From Craspedostauros australis (taxonomy: Eukaryota), in NCBI GenBank assembly GCA_030167865.1, contig JALAGF010000438.1, forward strand, positions 1-64,000: DNA of 64,000 nucleotides, in the 5' to 3' direction. Both the position numbers and the translations under genes were made by a program. Each line of letters opens with the position of its first letter. The stretch's first letter is position 1. Positions 12,301 to 24,800 of this stretch are shown here, one piece after another. The notes beneath the pieces were generated by a model, which was not told the DNA's origin, did no database searches, and saw only the letters and a program-made list of their open reading frames with translations.

Positions 12301-13305
12301 CTGGTCTTGGTGCAGCTGGTGGAGACGCATCCCCTCGCGATCTACTGGCAGGACTTCATCTCCACGACCCTTGCGAATGAAACTGCGATCCAGTCGACGC
12401 CCCTTGGAGGCATGAACCTTCTGGGTGGACCCATGGACGCGATGGACGCGCTGCAGCCACAGAGACCAGGGCTCGCGGATGACGGTGACTACGATGACGA
12501 TGGTTCCGCACCACCGATGCCACCGCGCGGCATCATGGCAGATGGCGATGTCATCGACATGGATGACAATGACCTGGACATGGCGGCCAACATGATGATG
12601 GGGATGCAGCTGGGTGGCAACGCCGGCGCCGATGCAGACGCCAGAAATGCAGAGCTGCTTGCAGGCATAGCCCCTCAGGACGAATCGGGACAGCAACCGA
12701 GTAACTATGTCTTCGATGATCCTCTCGGAAGTGGCCGTTTCGCAGCATTCGACGGTGATGCCGGCAGCGGCGACCAACGTGCGGATGCCAACGATGGTGG
12801 AGATGACAGCAGTAGCAGCAGCGATGGCGAGCCGGAGCAGTCCGGTTCGACGCAGAACACCTCGGATGCGATCGGCGCTGTGCTTGATGGTGAAAGCACG
12901 GGCGCGAATGAATTCGGTGCGGCCTGTGAGGATGTGCCCGTTCTGGACCTCTTCGCTGGCAACATGCAAATCACGAACAACAGCACCGACGGAGATGGGG
13001 CGCAGCAGGAGTGGGCGAACTTCGCCAACTTTGACAACGCTTTCGAGTCATCCACGCCTGAACCGGAGGAAGACCCCGCCTCGGATACCCTGTCGCCATC
13101 GGGTCCAGACGAAGGCGACGATGAGCCAGAGCAACCCAAGATGACGCATTCCTTCTTGCTGGACGAGGACGGAGGCGGAAACGGAGCAGCAATTGGCTCA
13201 GACGGCGCGCCTTTTGTTGAAGCAGCTGCAGAAGCTGACACATCGCAGAATTTGACGGATGATGCTGTCGCTGCTAATGTCCCTGCTGCTTCACCGGCTG
13301 AATAG
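9379..13305 (+). CDS. SIT4 phosphatase-associated protein (SAPS) / protein phosphatase 6 regulatory subunit, ~1308 aa
   Basis: Family-typical segments: TLEQLLAEDELLQEL, RFPYMACEVICCEI, AGYFDKILSVL, HLYSHSIMQIV, PLLGSSRLRIVRLL, LDLFWKFQWCSMLHQSV, RLGYMGHVIII. Long acidic tail. Single exon; first ATG at 9379, alternative ATG just downstream. Confidence 0.88.
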   Translation: MSLLDSAGVMSTDIWCTGAFAFESPLKELLDSGKYTLEQLLAEDELLQELRGVHPHLIDYFSQPEAVADLVRYVILAPQNTPPRSIEEAMGLTSIAPDANTDDGDGNQETGQPQQAQVDASAADAENHHADGDRDVDVDNTNDGQPQNEIQGSNDNNVNNENGNGNYVSDQEKNEMLYIRFPYMACEVICCEIQGVVDVIVDGAIPTAGSSPNGQADDQQPRPDGDENTEADAKADTAAEANANAETNTDAAATATASDEAQADDTQAKDTTDTAATTTPPTTTTTEAENEASAEPHAILDLLFSVLYDSEPGEIDDYRAGYFDKILSVLFRKRPQAMSHYLNTGGGRGSEALMNAMFKHLYSHSIMQIVQRLLLPQPPMLPNPEVDEQDENKDGDELYNDTMEQQMDMDGFRTFRCDWSDSPVALKSLLDCLVTPPPKPASTDAERDQIGEERHLSLCQNASEVLITIIQNSPLTSPMLHTLTTDPILDQLMITASKLDTEEAAFSPHDSSLTCTMNVLESLILQLGGYGSVGTVILPEVDENGEPIDSAEAEAYALSQNQRLDLATSETLRKHLPKMLDSLSQLLLHKSADSWMSPMQYSKNRAQPLLGSSRLRIVRLLESLVLLGDADVDSVLCRSRCLEICLDLFWKFQWCSMLHQSVANLLVHVFEGANARAELQEYFIVQCNLLGRLMDSFASPETDGSPPEDGAIGDLSAALFNLKRQNSAPSSSVDGERGSSMNDDDEEDHTGDADMEDSEQQSKADDGDNDVAGTDTKRSGDSETNEGADDQAGETAASADAENANIDDAENGDDDASNGNRSSDDNTNAEDAIQSNQDSTEDVGGAETAATDMTTDPNEEGVLAQPQALGAEFSSEQSFRLGYMGHVIIICQALVHACSCEGEMPEGYDDLEAGMYPPNQGDPGPPQMNGDVSSIPMEGAAPSVQPDADGDKTEGAQPGQNDPENPGLENPAMDLVLVQLVETHPLAIYWQDFISTTLANETAIQSTPLGGMNLLGGPMDAMDALQPQRPGLADDGDYDDDGSAPPMPPRGIMADGDVIDMDDNDLDMAANMMMGMQLGGNAGADADARNAELLAGIAPQDESGQQPSNYVFDDPLGSGRFAAFDGDAGSGDQRADANDGGDDSSSSSDGEPEQSGSTQNTSDAIGAVLDGESTGANEFGAACEDVPVLDLFAGNMQITNNSTDGDGAQQEWANFANFDNAFESSTPEPEEDPASDTLSPSGPDEGDDEPEQPKMTHSFLLDEDGGGNGAAIGSDGAPFVEAAAEADTSQNLTDDAVAANVPAASPAE

Positions 13306-14885
13306 CTTGAAGGCAAGCAACCCGTCACGTTTGCGACCGGTGCCACAAGCAAGCAAATCTAACAAGGCAGTCTATTCTTGCCACAATAAACATAAAAAAT
13401 CATAAAACAAAATCAAAAGACCGCAGGCAACGAGTACGAGGGCCACCCACATCGGTTTCGACCTCTCTTGGATGTTACATCCCTCTCGAGTGCAGCGACA
13501 TACCGTGCCATGTGAGGGTACATGGTATGGTACGCGTGGCGGTCTTCAGTTGCTGCCTCCGGTGTTGTTGTGGGAGACAACAAACATTCAACCCAGACGT
13601 GCACGAACTAGGTTCCATTCAATCGTGCACATACAAGAATCAAGGAGGACGAATCGTGTTTGAATACGACTCATTGCCAAAATTGCGTTGTCGCAAGAAC
13701 GGGACGATGATGTCAATCAACGGCGACGAAGGAGGTGGTGGAGGTTGTGGTGGTGATGTGCCATCCTCGTACGTGTGCCTTGGAAGAGGAGATATAGTAC
13801 GATGGTGGAAGTGAAGATAGAAGATGGGTGGCGCACGGAGGCCAATTCGAGGAGAGGTTGCGAAGAACGAGCACGATGATGAATGCAATCCCGCAGACAA
13901 AGAGAGAGAGAGAAAGCGAGAGACGGAAGAGTGCACACCGAATGTGCTCGGAGACGGTGTTATCGTTCGTGTCACGCATACTCGCAAAACAGGACACGAG
14001 TTTAATTCAGTCTCTCCATGGTGTAATAGCTCGTAGCACAAGTGATCGGTTTGCAGATTGTTGAAGGCAGGACGATACCACAACATATTGGTCACGTGAC
14101 AATCATCCGAGTCAGATTCAGTTTGACTTGTCATTGTGCTCTGCGACGACCAACTGCTCTGGAAGAAGGAACGTGGAACGAGACGATACATCAGCAACAG
14201 CAGGTGGTAGCATTCAGTATCCTTTACTGCTTTCCTGATCCTTCTGATGAATATTCTCGTCATGATCGTGTGGTATGGCGTGGCCATGGTGTTTGGGCGG
14301 AACCATAGGAGAAGATTCGCAAACTGCGAGATGGCGTGAATTTGTTGTGTGTGGTTGGTTGTGTGATGTCACATGCACGACTGCGAATCGGGAGACGATT
14401 TCCGCGACACGTGGAACCAACAACAAACGCCATGATCGGAATCTGCGACCCACACCTGCACACACACCAACACGCGACAACAGAGAAACGGCGCGATCCA
14501 TCGCATCAATGTCCACACACACACGAGGAGATGGCCTTCGATCGCTGATGATTCTTCTCGGAAGATTGCGGAGCAGATGCGGAGACGACATCATCCAGAA
14601 TCCATTGCGATTGAAGAACAAGAAGAAGAAACAACAATAGATCAGCCTTTGTCGCGGTCCTCAATACTCTCCAATAGAGTTTAGGAAGTAGAATATAGTA
14701 ATACCAGCAAGATACGGAGAACGTGGACGTTGGACGTTGAACGTGGGTGGGTGATCGGGGCAAACAAGCGCCAATCAAGTGCTCCGCCATCCTCGCCTAT
14801 CACTCTCGCCTATCACTCTCGCACATCATCGCTGGACATCACCATTGCATCCGCATCAACCCAATAGCAACCAAGCAGCTCCAGG

Positions 14886-17800
14886 ATGATCGACGTCACG
14901 AACTTCCTGATGCGATGGCTGTTTCTGAGCAACCTGATTCAGAACATCGCTGACATTCAGACGATGCCCCACGATCCCAACCTTCCGTCATCTCCGCAGC
15001 CAAGTGCAACCGCAGGCCTTCGGTTGGATCCTGTCGAGAGGGAGAAGAAGTGGAGGGATGAGGCTGTCAGCGTCCTTTGCTCCTATCCCGCGGGCACCCA
15101 ACGCACTCTCGTCCTTGATGCCATGAGGTCCGCGCAAGTCCACAGTCTCTGCCAGGCCATGGAACGCGCGGATCAGGTCATCAAGCATCATCAGGTAGAA
15201 CGGGCGGAACAGCAGCAGACACAGCATGCGTCGACCAGGCCGTCTAGGAACGCTCCATTGCATGCGCACAACGCCGATGGCGAAAGCCATACTGACATCG
15301 ATGACGATCACGATGATGATGACTACCTCGATGCCGATTTCGACATTCTCGATGCCTTTTCCAATAAACAGACACATCGGCAGACCAATTCAGATGGCAG
15401 CAATCGCACTCAGGAGAACGGTGCAAAGCCTTCGTCAACGCCGACGGATGATGAGGATGAGATCCTGGAGATGCAAAAGCGGGCACGGCTGGAGGATGCG
15501 CGGCAGACGATACGGACGGTCCGGGATTACCTGCCTCAGCTCATATCATCCGTCCTGCGATCGCCTCCCGCCATCGACGCCAATTTGGTAGATCCAATAT
15601 CCAAGCTACGCAGTCTCATCATTGAACGATGTAAGAACGATGCCAACTGGGGCATCGACACTTGTTGGCTGCTCGAGGCGGAAGTCGGAAGAGGGTGGAA
15701 GACCATCTTTGAACATCGTCAGCAGACTGGCCGGCGGTTGATCATCGTGCTGCCCAAAGAAAAGGCGGCCGTGCTGGAAAAGATCGGACAGGAAAAACGC
15801 CACGCGTTTGAATTGTTGCAGGACGCAGAACAGGCCACGGCCTACGGATACACACCTTCCATGGAATTGGCTGGCGATGCTCATGATTTGCAACACACTG
15901 GTCCGCGTCTGCCATCCAGCCTCAGTCTAAGGCGGTGCAGCCACTTTGGAGACACGATGCACTTCATCGATCGGCTCACCAAGACGTCTTTGGATCTGCG
16001 GCGGGTTCCAACGATTCATCGGCATGTACGTGCATATGTGCGCGAACTGCCACTTCTGTTACTGTTGCGGTTACTGTTACTGTTGTTGCAATTGTTGAAT
16101 GCATGATCAAATGAACGCATGATCAAATGAACATATGAATACTGCATCCTGTGTGCAACCTTGCAGCAACCGCAACTCGTCGAATGTGTGGATCTCACGA
16201 TCCATCCATTTCTTCTTTGCTCGTGTCTGTTTTGCGCCGATTGCCACACACCCATGCTCGCACAATGTATCAGGCATACCTCCAAGATTACATGCGAGAA
16301 ATCAACAGACGGTTGCGCCGACGAATGATCACCAATGGCGATGTCAGCCTCGATGTTGAGGATTGCAGAGGTCCGGATGACTGGCCTTTCACGGAAGATA
16401 TCACGGAGACCATGCTCAAGTACTCCGTCCATCTACCGATCGATCCGTCGCAGGGTCCGACATGGCCCGGCGGTTCCAACTCCAACGCTGTTGACACCGG
16501 CGTGGTACGCGTGCTCAACATCGTAGTGGACGAATGCCGGGTGCTGTCATCGCGAGAACGATGTCCATTCCTGGTGCAGGTCGAGGTCGCCGACACCAAT
16601 TTGCGTGGCGACGATGCACGGCTGTACGCCCAGGGCGCGCAAAGCTTGGGAACGACGGTCGAAGAAGCCCTGGGCATTGGCCAGCAGCAGCAACGGCAGC
16701 GTGAGTGGCATCCAGAGACGCAACCGCACGCAAATGCGTATCAGCATCCGGTCGATCCCCTCGATGGACGCAAACCGATGTACGAAATTCCGGATGAGCT
16801 GCTGGCGCAGTCTCCATCGCTGCCATCGGCATCGTCCACTCTGTACTCCATGTCCTTCAAAGGTGGCGACCGCCCGATGCCAAACTCGCAAGCGGAAACG
16901 ATCTTCCGAGGCGGTCATCAGAGCGATGATGGCGGTGGCTCCTCCTATCCCTACATGCCGAACGAATACAACAGCGGACACTACGGCGCAGGCCCAATGC
17001 AGCAGCAACATCACGGGGGATATTATCCGCAACAGCAGCATCAACCGTTCCATTCAGGCATCAATCAGCCACAAGGGATGCTCCCACAGAATGCGCAGCA
17101 ACTGCAGCAGCATCCATCCCTGAACGCCAATGGCGCATTGGTTCCAACTGACGACGATCCAGAAAGGTACGAACACAATCTTTGTGTTGCGTGCTTTGCG
17201 GACAATTGCCGCCCGGCCCGCAAGTGTCATCTGTTCGTGATTTTCTCGTTGAATCCAACCCAATTCGATGTTGTGTTGATGATCGATGACTGATGACCGC
17301 GACTGAGCCACACAACTTACTTCTTTATTGTTTGCCTTCCACCGCCCTTTTCCCGCTGTGCAGTCCCACGCTATTGACGAGCGATCGATTGTTGGAAATG
17401 GTCTTTGGCAAGCCTTGGGATGAGAAATGCAGAGAGATCCGCCAAACATCGGCGTACGGCAAGGTGGACGGCTGGCGGTTGGCGTCCTTCATCGTCAAGG
17501 CCGGTGAAGACATTCGACGCGAAGCGCTGGTCATGCAAATCATCACCAAACTCAACGAATGGTTCTCCGACGAAATCGCTCCCGAATTTCGCCCTCACTT
17601 GCGGCCCTACACCATCATGTGCGTCGGCGGCGATGCCGGTCTCGTGGAATGCCTCACCGACGCCAAGAGCATTGATGAGGTCAAGAAGCGGACCGACGGC
17701 TTCGACACCTTGCGCGACTTCTTCGAACGAGCCTACGGCAAACCAACACAGTCACGCACAACACATCCACCACAGGGTGCTCCGTTCGCTGCCCAGTCGC

Positions 17801-18357
17801 CCACGCGCTGCACCTTTGAAGAAGCGCAAGAAAACTTTCTTCGATCGCTGGTCGGCTACAGCCTGGTGTGCTACATCCTCCAAATCAAGGATCGGCACAA
17901 CGCCAACATCCTGCTGGACCGCAGCGGCAACATCATGCACATTGACTTTGGCTACGTACTCGGGGATACTACCAAGATGGGCAAGGTTCCAATTTTCAGT
18001 GAAACCGCGCCATTCAAGCTCAGCACCGAGTTCTGGGATGTCCTCGGCGGATGGGACCTAAACAAAGGTGGTCTCGGGGTCAAGTTCTGCATGATGTTCG
18101 AAAAGGCCTACGCTTGCGCTTCGTTGCATCGCGAGGAGATTGCCAGTCTGGTCGAAGCCATGATGCTAACGTTGACTGAAAACCCAAGGACGGCAAATGC
18201 GATGGCGAATGGAGTGCGACAACGGTTGAAAATGAAGGGCCCTGCCGGCGGCCAGTTGCAGCAAAAGTTCATCATGGACCTTGTGAATGCTGCACTGACG
18301 AACTGGGGCACGACGTCGTATGATTGGTTGCAAAAGAACATGAATGGATACAGATAG
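14886..18357 (+). CDS. PI4KB: Phosphatidylinositol 4-kinase, type III beta (Pik1-like), ~1008 aa, 3 exons
   Basis: Exons 14886..16025, 16274..17166 and 17364..18357. Introns 16026..16273 (GTACGT..CAG) and 17167..17363 (GTACGA..CAG) are frame-compatible. Motifs: YLPQL, SRERCPFLVQVEV, FGKPW..K...IR..SAYG...GWRL.SFIVKAGEDIRRE, SLVGYSLVCYILQIKDRHNANILL, HIDFG, ETAPFKL, YDWLQ. Confidence 0.9.
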
Positions 18358-19099
18358 AAGGAAAGCGAACAAGCGAATGGGCGTGCCAGCAGGCGTACAA
18401 GCTTGCGAAGCTATAGATAGCAATATGTACTTTATCGCACTTGAGAATATGATACACCGCACGTGCGATGTGTTGTTGGAGTTGATTCGGTTTTGGTGTC
18501 CTGCGTCTCTACATTATACTCGCAATCTATAGTACTCCAGCTTTTGGGAGAACAATTGGCACACTGCAGCCGAAGTGCGAGCAACCTAAGCCAAGCACAA
18601 TCCTGAGTTCACGGTTTGCTCTTTCCGCTCTTTCCTTGGTGCAAAATGGAAGGAATGCGACCGACCATCAACGATCGGGCCAACCATTCGATCATATTCA
18701 TTCGCATGAGTTGTGCGTCCGACTATTCACGATACCTTCAACCCTGTGACTGCACAAGCGTGCCGTTGCCAAAACGGAGAAGGCTGCCTCTCATCGACGA
18801 CGAAACTCGCGATGGCCAGAACCACGATGGCAATAGACTGCTCCATCTCGAGTTCGACGTGCGGACACCGAAGGTCCTGAAGCATCTGTTCGGTCCGCAC
18901 CGACACAAGTTCAATTCCAACATCCAAAAGAAGGATGGCGATATCCCAATGTATTGAAACATCCGATGGAATCAAGTCCCTGGAACATACTATACTCGTA
19001 ATCGTATCCATACTTCGACGATACTCAACACGAAGACTCATCCTTTCATAGCAACCCTGGCCTACGAGTATGGCGCATATTGTCTAGTGAGTACTCTAC

Positions 19100-20855
19100 C
19101 TACGAGTACTTCGCCTTCACCAACTCTTTCTTCGTCGCAAACACAATTTGCGCCAGATCCTTGGCGATGTCCAGTGTCGCCGATGGACGCGCTGCCTCCA
19201 ATGCCTTGCCGCGCATCGATTCCAGCTTGACAGGATCCGACAACCACGTCGTGACGGTGTCGGCGATCACGGCCGGGGATTCGCTGTACTTGCCAAATCC
19301 TGCATCCTCGACGAACGGCACGTTGCCTTCCTCCTGTCCCGGTAGGTAGGCGAACAGCATGCAGGGCAATCCGCAGATGGAGGCTTCCGCGATGGTTCCT
19401 GGACCTGCCTTGGTGACCAGGGCATCGGATGCCTTCATCCACTCGTCCATGTTGTTGACGAATCCGCGGACATCAACGCGCACGTTGGAGCCCCATTGCA
19501 TGCCGTCCAGCGTTTGCTTGGCGTTGGCGTTGTTGCCGCACACGACGACCATCTGCGACGGCACCGCATCTTCTTCTCCCAACTTCTGTCCCAACGCGTT
19601 CGCGATCTTGACGATGCCGCCCATGCCATCTCCGCCGCCGACCACCAACACGGTAGGCAATGCGTCATCCAAACCAAGCTTGATGCGCATCTGCTCCTTT
19701 TCGGAAACTTCCGTGAATGTTGTGGATGTGGATTTGTCCATGATGGTCTTCCTTTTACTGAATAGACTTCGAAAGAATGGAAGATCTTCCGTTTCGCCAA
19801 CTCGATACAAAGGTTCCGATGATGATGTGGCAGTTGAGGACCAAAACCCTTCGCGAATAGGCAATCCGTACTGCACGATCTGCTCTGGTGCAAGTTGTCG
19901 GCTTTGTGCTTTCTCATTGAGCACATCCGATGGGACAAAGCATTTATCAACGCTGTGATGTGGACGAGCAGCGCATTGTAGAATGTATGAAAGGATGCAT
20001 GCATACATGGAAGGATAGGTGAAGAATAGGAATGTGAGATTGGCGAGCGAGAACAAATGCAGAAGGATGCGGTTGAAAATGACACACAGTATCACATGAG
20101 CATGCCCGCTACCACTGTGTGCATCGCACGTACTCGGAATTAAACCACGTCTTGTGGCCGCCACCCAAATCCGTGACAACAGTGACAAAGGGCGTCGTGC
20201 GATTCGCAGGATCTCGGGTCTGGCCATCGGAATCCAAGCTGGCCAGGATCTTGAGCGGGATATCCTGGCACAACGGATGCACGGAGACTACGAGATCGGC
20301 CCGCCGTCCCGTCGAGGACTGGGGTCGATCCAAGCACTCGGTGAAGGCATCGAAGCAGAACGTCTCCAACAAGAATTCGTTGAGCTGCAGACCGAATTCG
20401 GTCTCGCCGAACTGGAAGAACCAATCCCAAAGGAAGCTGTATTTGGCCATGATCTTGTAGGCCGGCACGTATGCCGTGTAGGGGAAGAAGGGACCGTACT
20501 CGGTGTAGATGTCGACGATGTCGCACTGGAACTGATCGGGGTAAAGAGTGTTGAGGGCATCTTGGATGGCGTTGGCTGATGCACGGTGGCCGCCGCCGGT
20601 GTCGGACATGAGAATTTGGATGGTGTAGGCGTCGTCTTTTGAATCTTCATCCATGAAGGTTCTGATGTCGGACGGTGCAGCGATGCTGGCCAATGCGAGT
20701 GGGCGGCATCTCGTTGTTGGCTGCAATGCCAACGTGGATACCTTCGGACGACTTTTGTGTCCTGCTCGTACTTGTGCGAATGCGTCAACGGATGAAGCAT
20801 GCTGCGTCACCACCAGCACGGGCAGCCAAAGTGACCATGTTGCAGAAAGTTTCAT
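19100..20855 (-). CDS. MGD: Monogalactosyldiacylglycerol synthase (GT28), ~524 aa, with a bipartite plastid-targeting presequence
   Basis: Exons 20855..20134 and 19952..19100. The intron 20133..19953 (GTACGT..CAG) gives WFNS-D-VDKCFVPS. Motifs: ILMSDTGGGHRASA, VVSVHPLCQ, PFVTVVTDLGG, YGLPIR, LVVGGGDGMG, LVTKAGPGTIAEA, GQEEGNVPFV. The N-terminus MKLSATWSLWLPVLVV...VDA|FAQ looks like a signal plus transit peptide. Confidence 0.93.
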
Positions 20856-21867
20856 CTTTCCTTCTTCTTGCGCTCGAAGCGTTGCTGTTTGGGATGGAGG
20901 GAGGTGAACGAGGCTGAAGTATGGCACTCGTATGGACTCATCCAGACGAAGCCAATTGATGAAACTGCGGAGTTTGCGAGAAGGATAACGTATGAGGATG
21001 GTGCAAGTACGATCGCTAGTGCATACGACCTGCGACAAGGAAAAGATGACACTGGTCGTACCAATTGCACTGATTGCACCTGTAGTAGCACGTGCGAGCG
21101 TGGATTGGTTGGTGCCCCCCGATTGACTGGTTTTGTCGCCACACTTTTTCGCCTTTGTTTGCGTCGTCACGATTTGTGGTCGTTTGCGTTGTCACGATTT
21201 TGTTCTTCTTTCAAGTGGAAACGTCAGTCCCGTCGTGGTGACATGGACCCGTGATTAGAAGCTCGACTCGTTTGACCACAGAGTTTCGCTTTTTGGTGTT
21301 CGTGGAGAAAGTGACCGCTGTTGTGACTTGGGAGATTTCTCAACAGACACAGGTCAACAGCCTCCTCTTCGATCACGGTGGCTCCATCCGGTGTTGTCTT
21401 GCACTGTTCTTGTCGTGTTGTTGCTGTCTCTCTTGTGTTGCGCAAATGCTGAAGGGCCGTAGCCGTACAGTCTACAATAGTATTATAGTTGTACCAGTGT
21501 ATTCGCAGGTCGAATTGTCTTCATCCTCTCGCTTGGTGCTGGCCGTCGATTGCCATACCAGAGGAGAGCAAGGAGGATCGGCGACATCCAGACTCCACTC
21601 AGGCGAAGCATCCGTCTGCGAACAGAGGAGATCCGTCGCCCAGCAGAAAGAGGCACACGAACAGTCATCATCCGTCTTCGGATCAGGGTCATCCTTCCAC
21701 TGTTGGCCATCGTCGCTCAATCAAGTCGCTCTCTCCAGCGGCCAAGTCGTCGCGTCCCCAAACTCGAGGGTAGTGGGAGATAGACAGCTGCGGAGTCAAG
21801 GACTATTCTCGAGCAGAACAGGGTCTCGCAACTCAAGAGCAACGCAACAAGCACCGCGCCTGCCAAC

Positions 21868-24800
21868 ATGTCGCGCTGGTTGCAATCCGTCAATACGCTG
21901 CTGGAGACGTTGGATGGACAGGCAGAGCAGGTCCGCGATGAGACGCAGAATGCCCTCTCCGCCCTTTTGACCAACCCGGACGCCAACGCCTCCACAGACG
22001 ACGACGACGATGAGGACTACATGGATGTGGATGCTGGTGGCAGCGGCGCGGATGGCTACATCGACGATGACGACGACAACGATGCTAATGAAGACACCGA
22101 TGATGGTTCGTACTTTGACCAGACATTTGATGGAGACTTGGAGTACGATGAAGATGCGGATGATGGCGGCAATGATCCAACTGCTGCTGCTGCAGGTGGA
22201 GTCGTGCAAAGCGCAATTGAGGATGCCGGTGTTCAATTTGAAGAGGTCAACGACTACGATGACTACACGGAGGAGGAAGTGCTGGCATCATCCGAGGACG
22301 ATGAAGAAGAGATCGAAATCGAAATCGAGGACGACGATGATAATGATGATGGAGAGATTGGCAATGAGGGAGATTTGGATTCCACCCATGCTGGGCAGTA
22401 CGACAGCGGCGGTCTCAACAACACAGGCAACTTGGATGATGTCGATGTTGACGACGACGACGATGATGGTGTCAGTTTGCCCATACAAACAAGCCATCAT
22501 GGAGGTCCAGGAGGTGAAGGCAATGATGCCGACACGGTCAGCGATCTCAGCTGTTCGCAGTACGGCGAAGAGCTGCAAGACAACATGCTGGTTGCCGGCG
22601 AGTACAGCCACACGACATTCCCTCGCATTGACACGAAGGAGGAGCAGAACGATGTGCCGCCCAAAACACCAAACCGACAACTCTCCGACAAGGAACGTCG
22701 GCAGGGGGACCAGAATCATCGTCTCAATTTGGATCAGCAGGGCCGAGCCTTTCACGACACGACGGAGCCATTGACTGGCGGAGACGAGGGAGAGGCCGAG
22801 GCAAAGGCTGGCGCAGGTGCAGACGCCGGAACGGGAGTGTCATCCCCACCGTTTGGAGACGGCGCCGTCCCAGCAGGTGCCAGCACGTCGGCACCCAACA
22901 CTGGCGCTCCCGCCCTCCATCAACCCACCACGGCCATGCGCGCACGAAGAAGGGCCAGCGGCGCGGAGCTGTCCGCGCGCAGCATGCTGGATGAATCGCC
23001 CATCCCACCACGGCGCAGCTTGGACGTTGACACCCGGTTCCTCGCCTCGTCTTCGTCCGGTGCCATCAATGCCTCGCGGAAGGATTCGCCGGATCATGGA
23101 GCAGCAGGAGCGGACAGCATGGACGTCGTCAACGGCCACAACAGCGGCGACTTCGGTGACGGCTCCAGAAAGTCAAGGTCCGGTCATACCTCCCGAGCGG
23201 GAACGTCGGGCGGAGGCGACAATGAGCAACCGCCGAAGCCCCCGACCAGGCAACCCAGCCATCCGCGTTCGACGGAGAATGCCAGCGCGGTGCATTCCAC
23301 CAACGACCACGGGCGGCCAACCGATGCCATGCCAGCGAATCTGACACCGGCCACGACGCCTGCGAAGACAGCCAAGGGCACAGTCGCGGCTGAATCGCAG
23401 GTGCGCGTGTCGCCCATGCCATCGGCGTCCAAGAAGAACAGGAAGAAAGCGCCCGTGCAAAGACCCAAAGCAACAAGTGAAGATGCCAGCAGCAAGAAAC
23501 AAGGCAGTCCGTCGCAACTGCCAAAGCAATCGCAGCAACCAAGCAACCCGCAGCTGCAAAAGCAACGCCAGGAGATACAGCACTGGCAGCAAAAGGCGCA
23601 GGCCATGCAGGAAAAGTACAAAAAGGCACAGGCCGAACTCAAGCAAGCCCAGGCGAAGAACAAGCAGGCGGAGAAGCAGCTCAAGCTCGTCGAAGTCCGT
23701 TTGGAGACCTCCAACGCCGAGATCGAAGCGCAGCAGAAGGAATTGCAGAGCGCGGCAGAGAGACTGGAACGCGACCGTCAGCGCACGCAAGACGAGCGCG
23801 ATGATCTGCTCGATGAGCAGGAGGAGGAGCTGGAACGACTGACTACCAACCACGCGCAGGAGATGGATCAGCAGAAGAAAAAGTATGAACAGCAAATCGC
23901 GGCCCTGCAAAAGCAGGTGAACTTGGAAGAAGCCAAGCGCAAGCAGGAGGGCGGAGATTGGACGAAGGAACTGCAAGATGCTCTGGACCGTGAACGCGAC
24001 GCGCTCAAGCAACTTTACGAGGTGAAGGGGGAGCGCGCCAGCCTGCAGGTCCAACTGAAGGAGTTCCAAACCAAGACGACATCCTTGCAGACCAAACTCA
24101 GCGCTTCCACGGATTCCGCGAACCTCGTGGCCCAAAGGGAGCATGAGTTGGACGAAAAGCTGGAGGCGACCATTTCGCTTCACGCGAAGCAGATGAAGCA
24201 ACGGCAAGCACGAGAGGCGGAGCTGGAGCAGACCATCTTTCAGCTCGGCGCAGCTCTCACGGCCGCCAAGCAGGAGACAGCATCCGGTGGCAACGCTGCG
24301 GGTTCTGCTCTTGCCGCTGTCTCCGGAAGCAATGGTGGCGATCCGGATGCGATGGCACTGGCCGCAGTCCAAGCGCAGGCCGCAAGACTGTCCCAAGAGG
24401 TCAAAGACGGACGTGCAAACTTTGAGCGGCTGACGGATGAGCTGGAAACGACGAAGGGCAGCCTGATGACGGAAACGCATCGCAGAGAGGCGCTGCAGAA
24501 AGAGCTTGAGGACATCTCCAACGAACGGCGACAAGATGAATCCGCTGCCCTTGCGAGGCAGAGGGAACAAGAAGAGAAGGTTTCGTGGTTGGAGGCAACA
24601 GTCGCGAAGCTGCAGCTGCGGCAGGAAACCGACACCATCAACAGCCTGGGAACACGATCGTCGACCGCCAACACGACGGTTTCGGACGCGCGTTACCAGA
24701 AGATGGCAGCCGAGCTTGATCTGTCGCGCCAAGAAGTTTCAAAGCTCTCGGAGCAGCTCGTGCGTCATCAGGGCAAAGCCAAGGCGACGGCATCAGAAAA

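Noticed and set aside
13413..14287. 215-aa minus-strand ORF and neighbours, a possible small spliced gene
   Set aside because: It reads through a (CT)n tract, and trial splicing gave no convincing protein.
20856..21170. N-terminal extension of the MGD ORF in the track
   Set aside because: It uses a non-ATG start; the signal peptide begins at ATG 20855.
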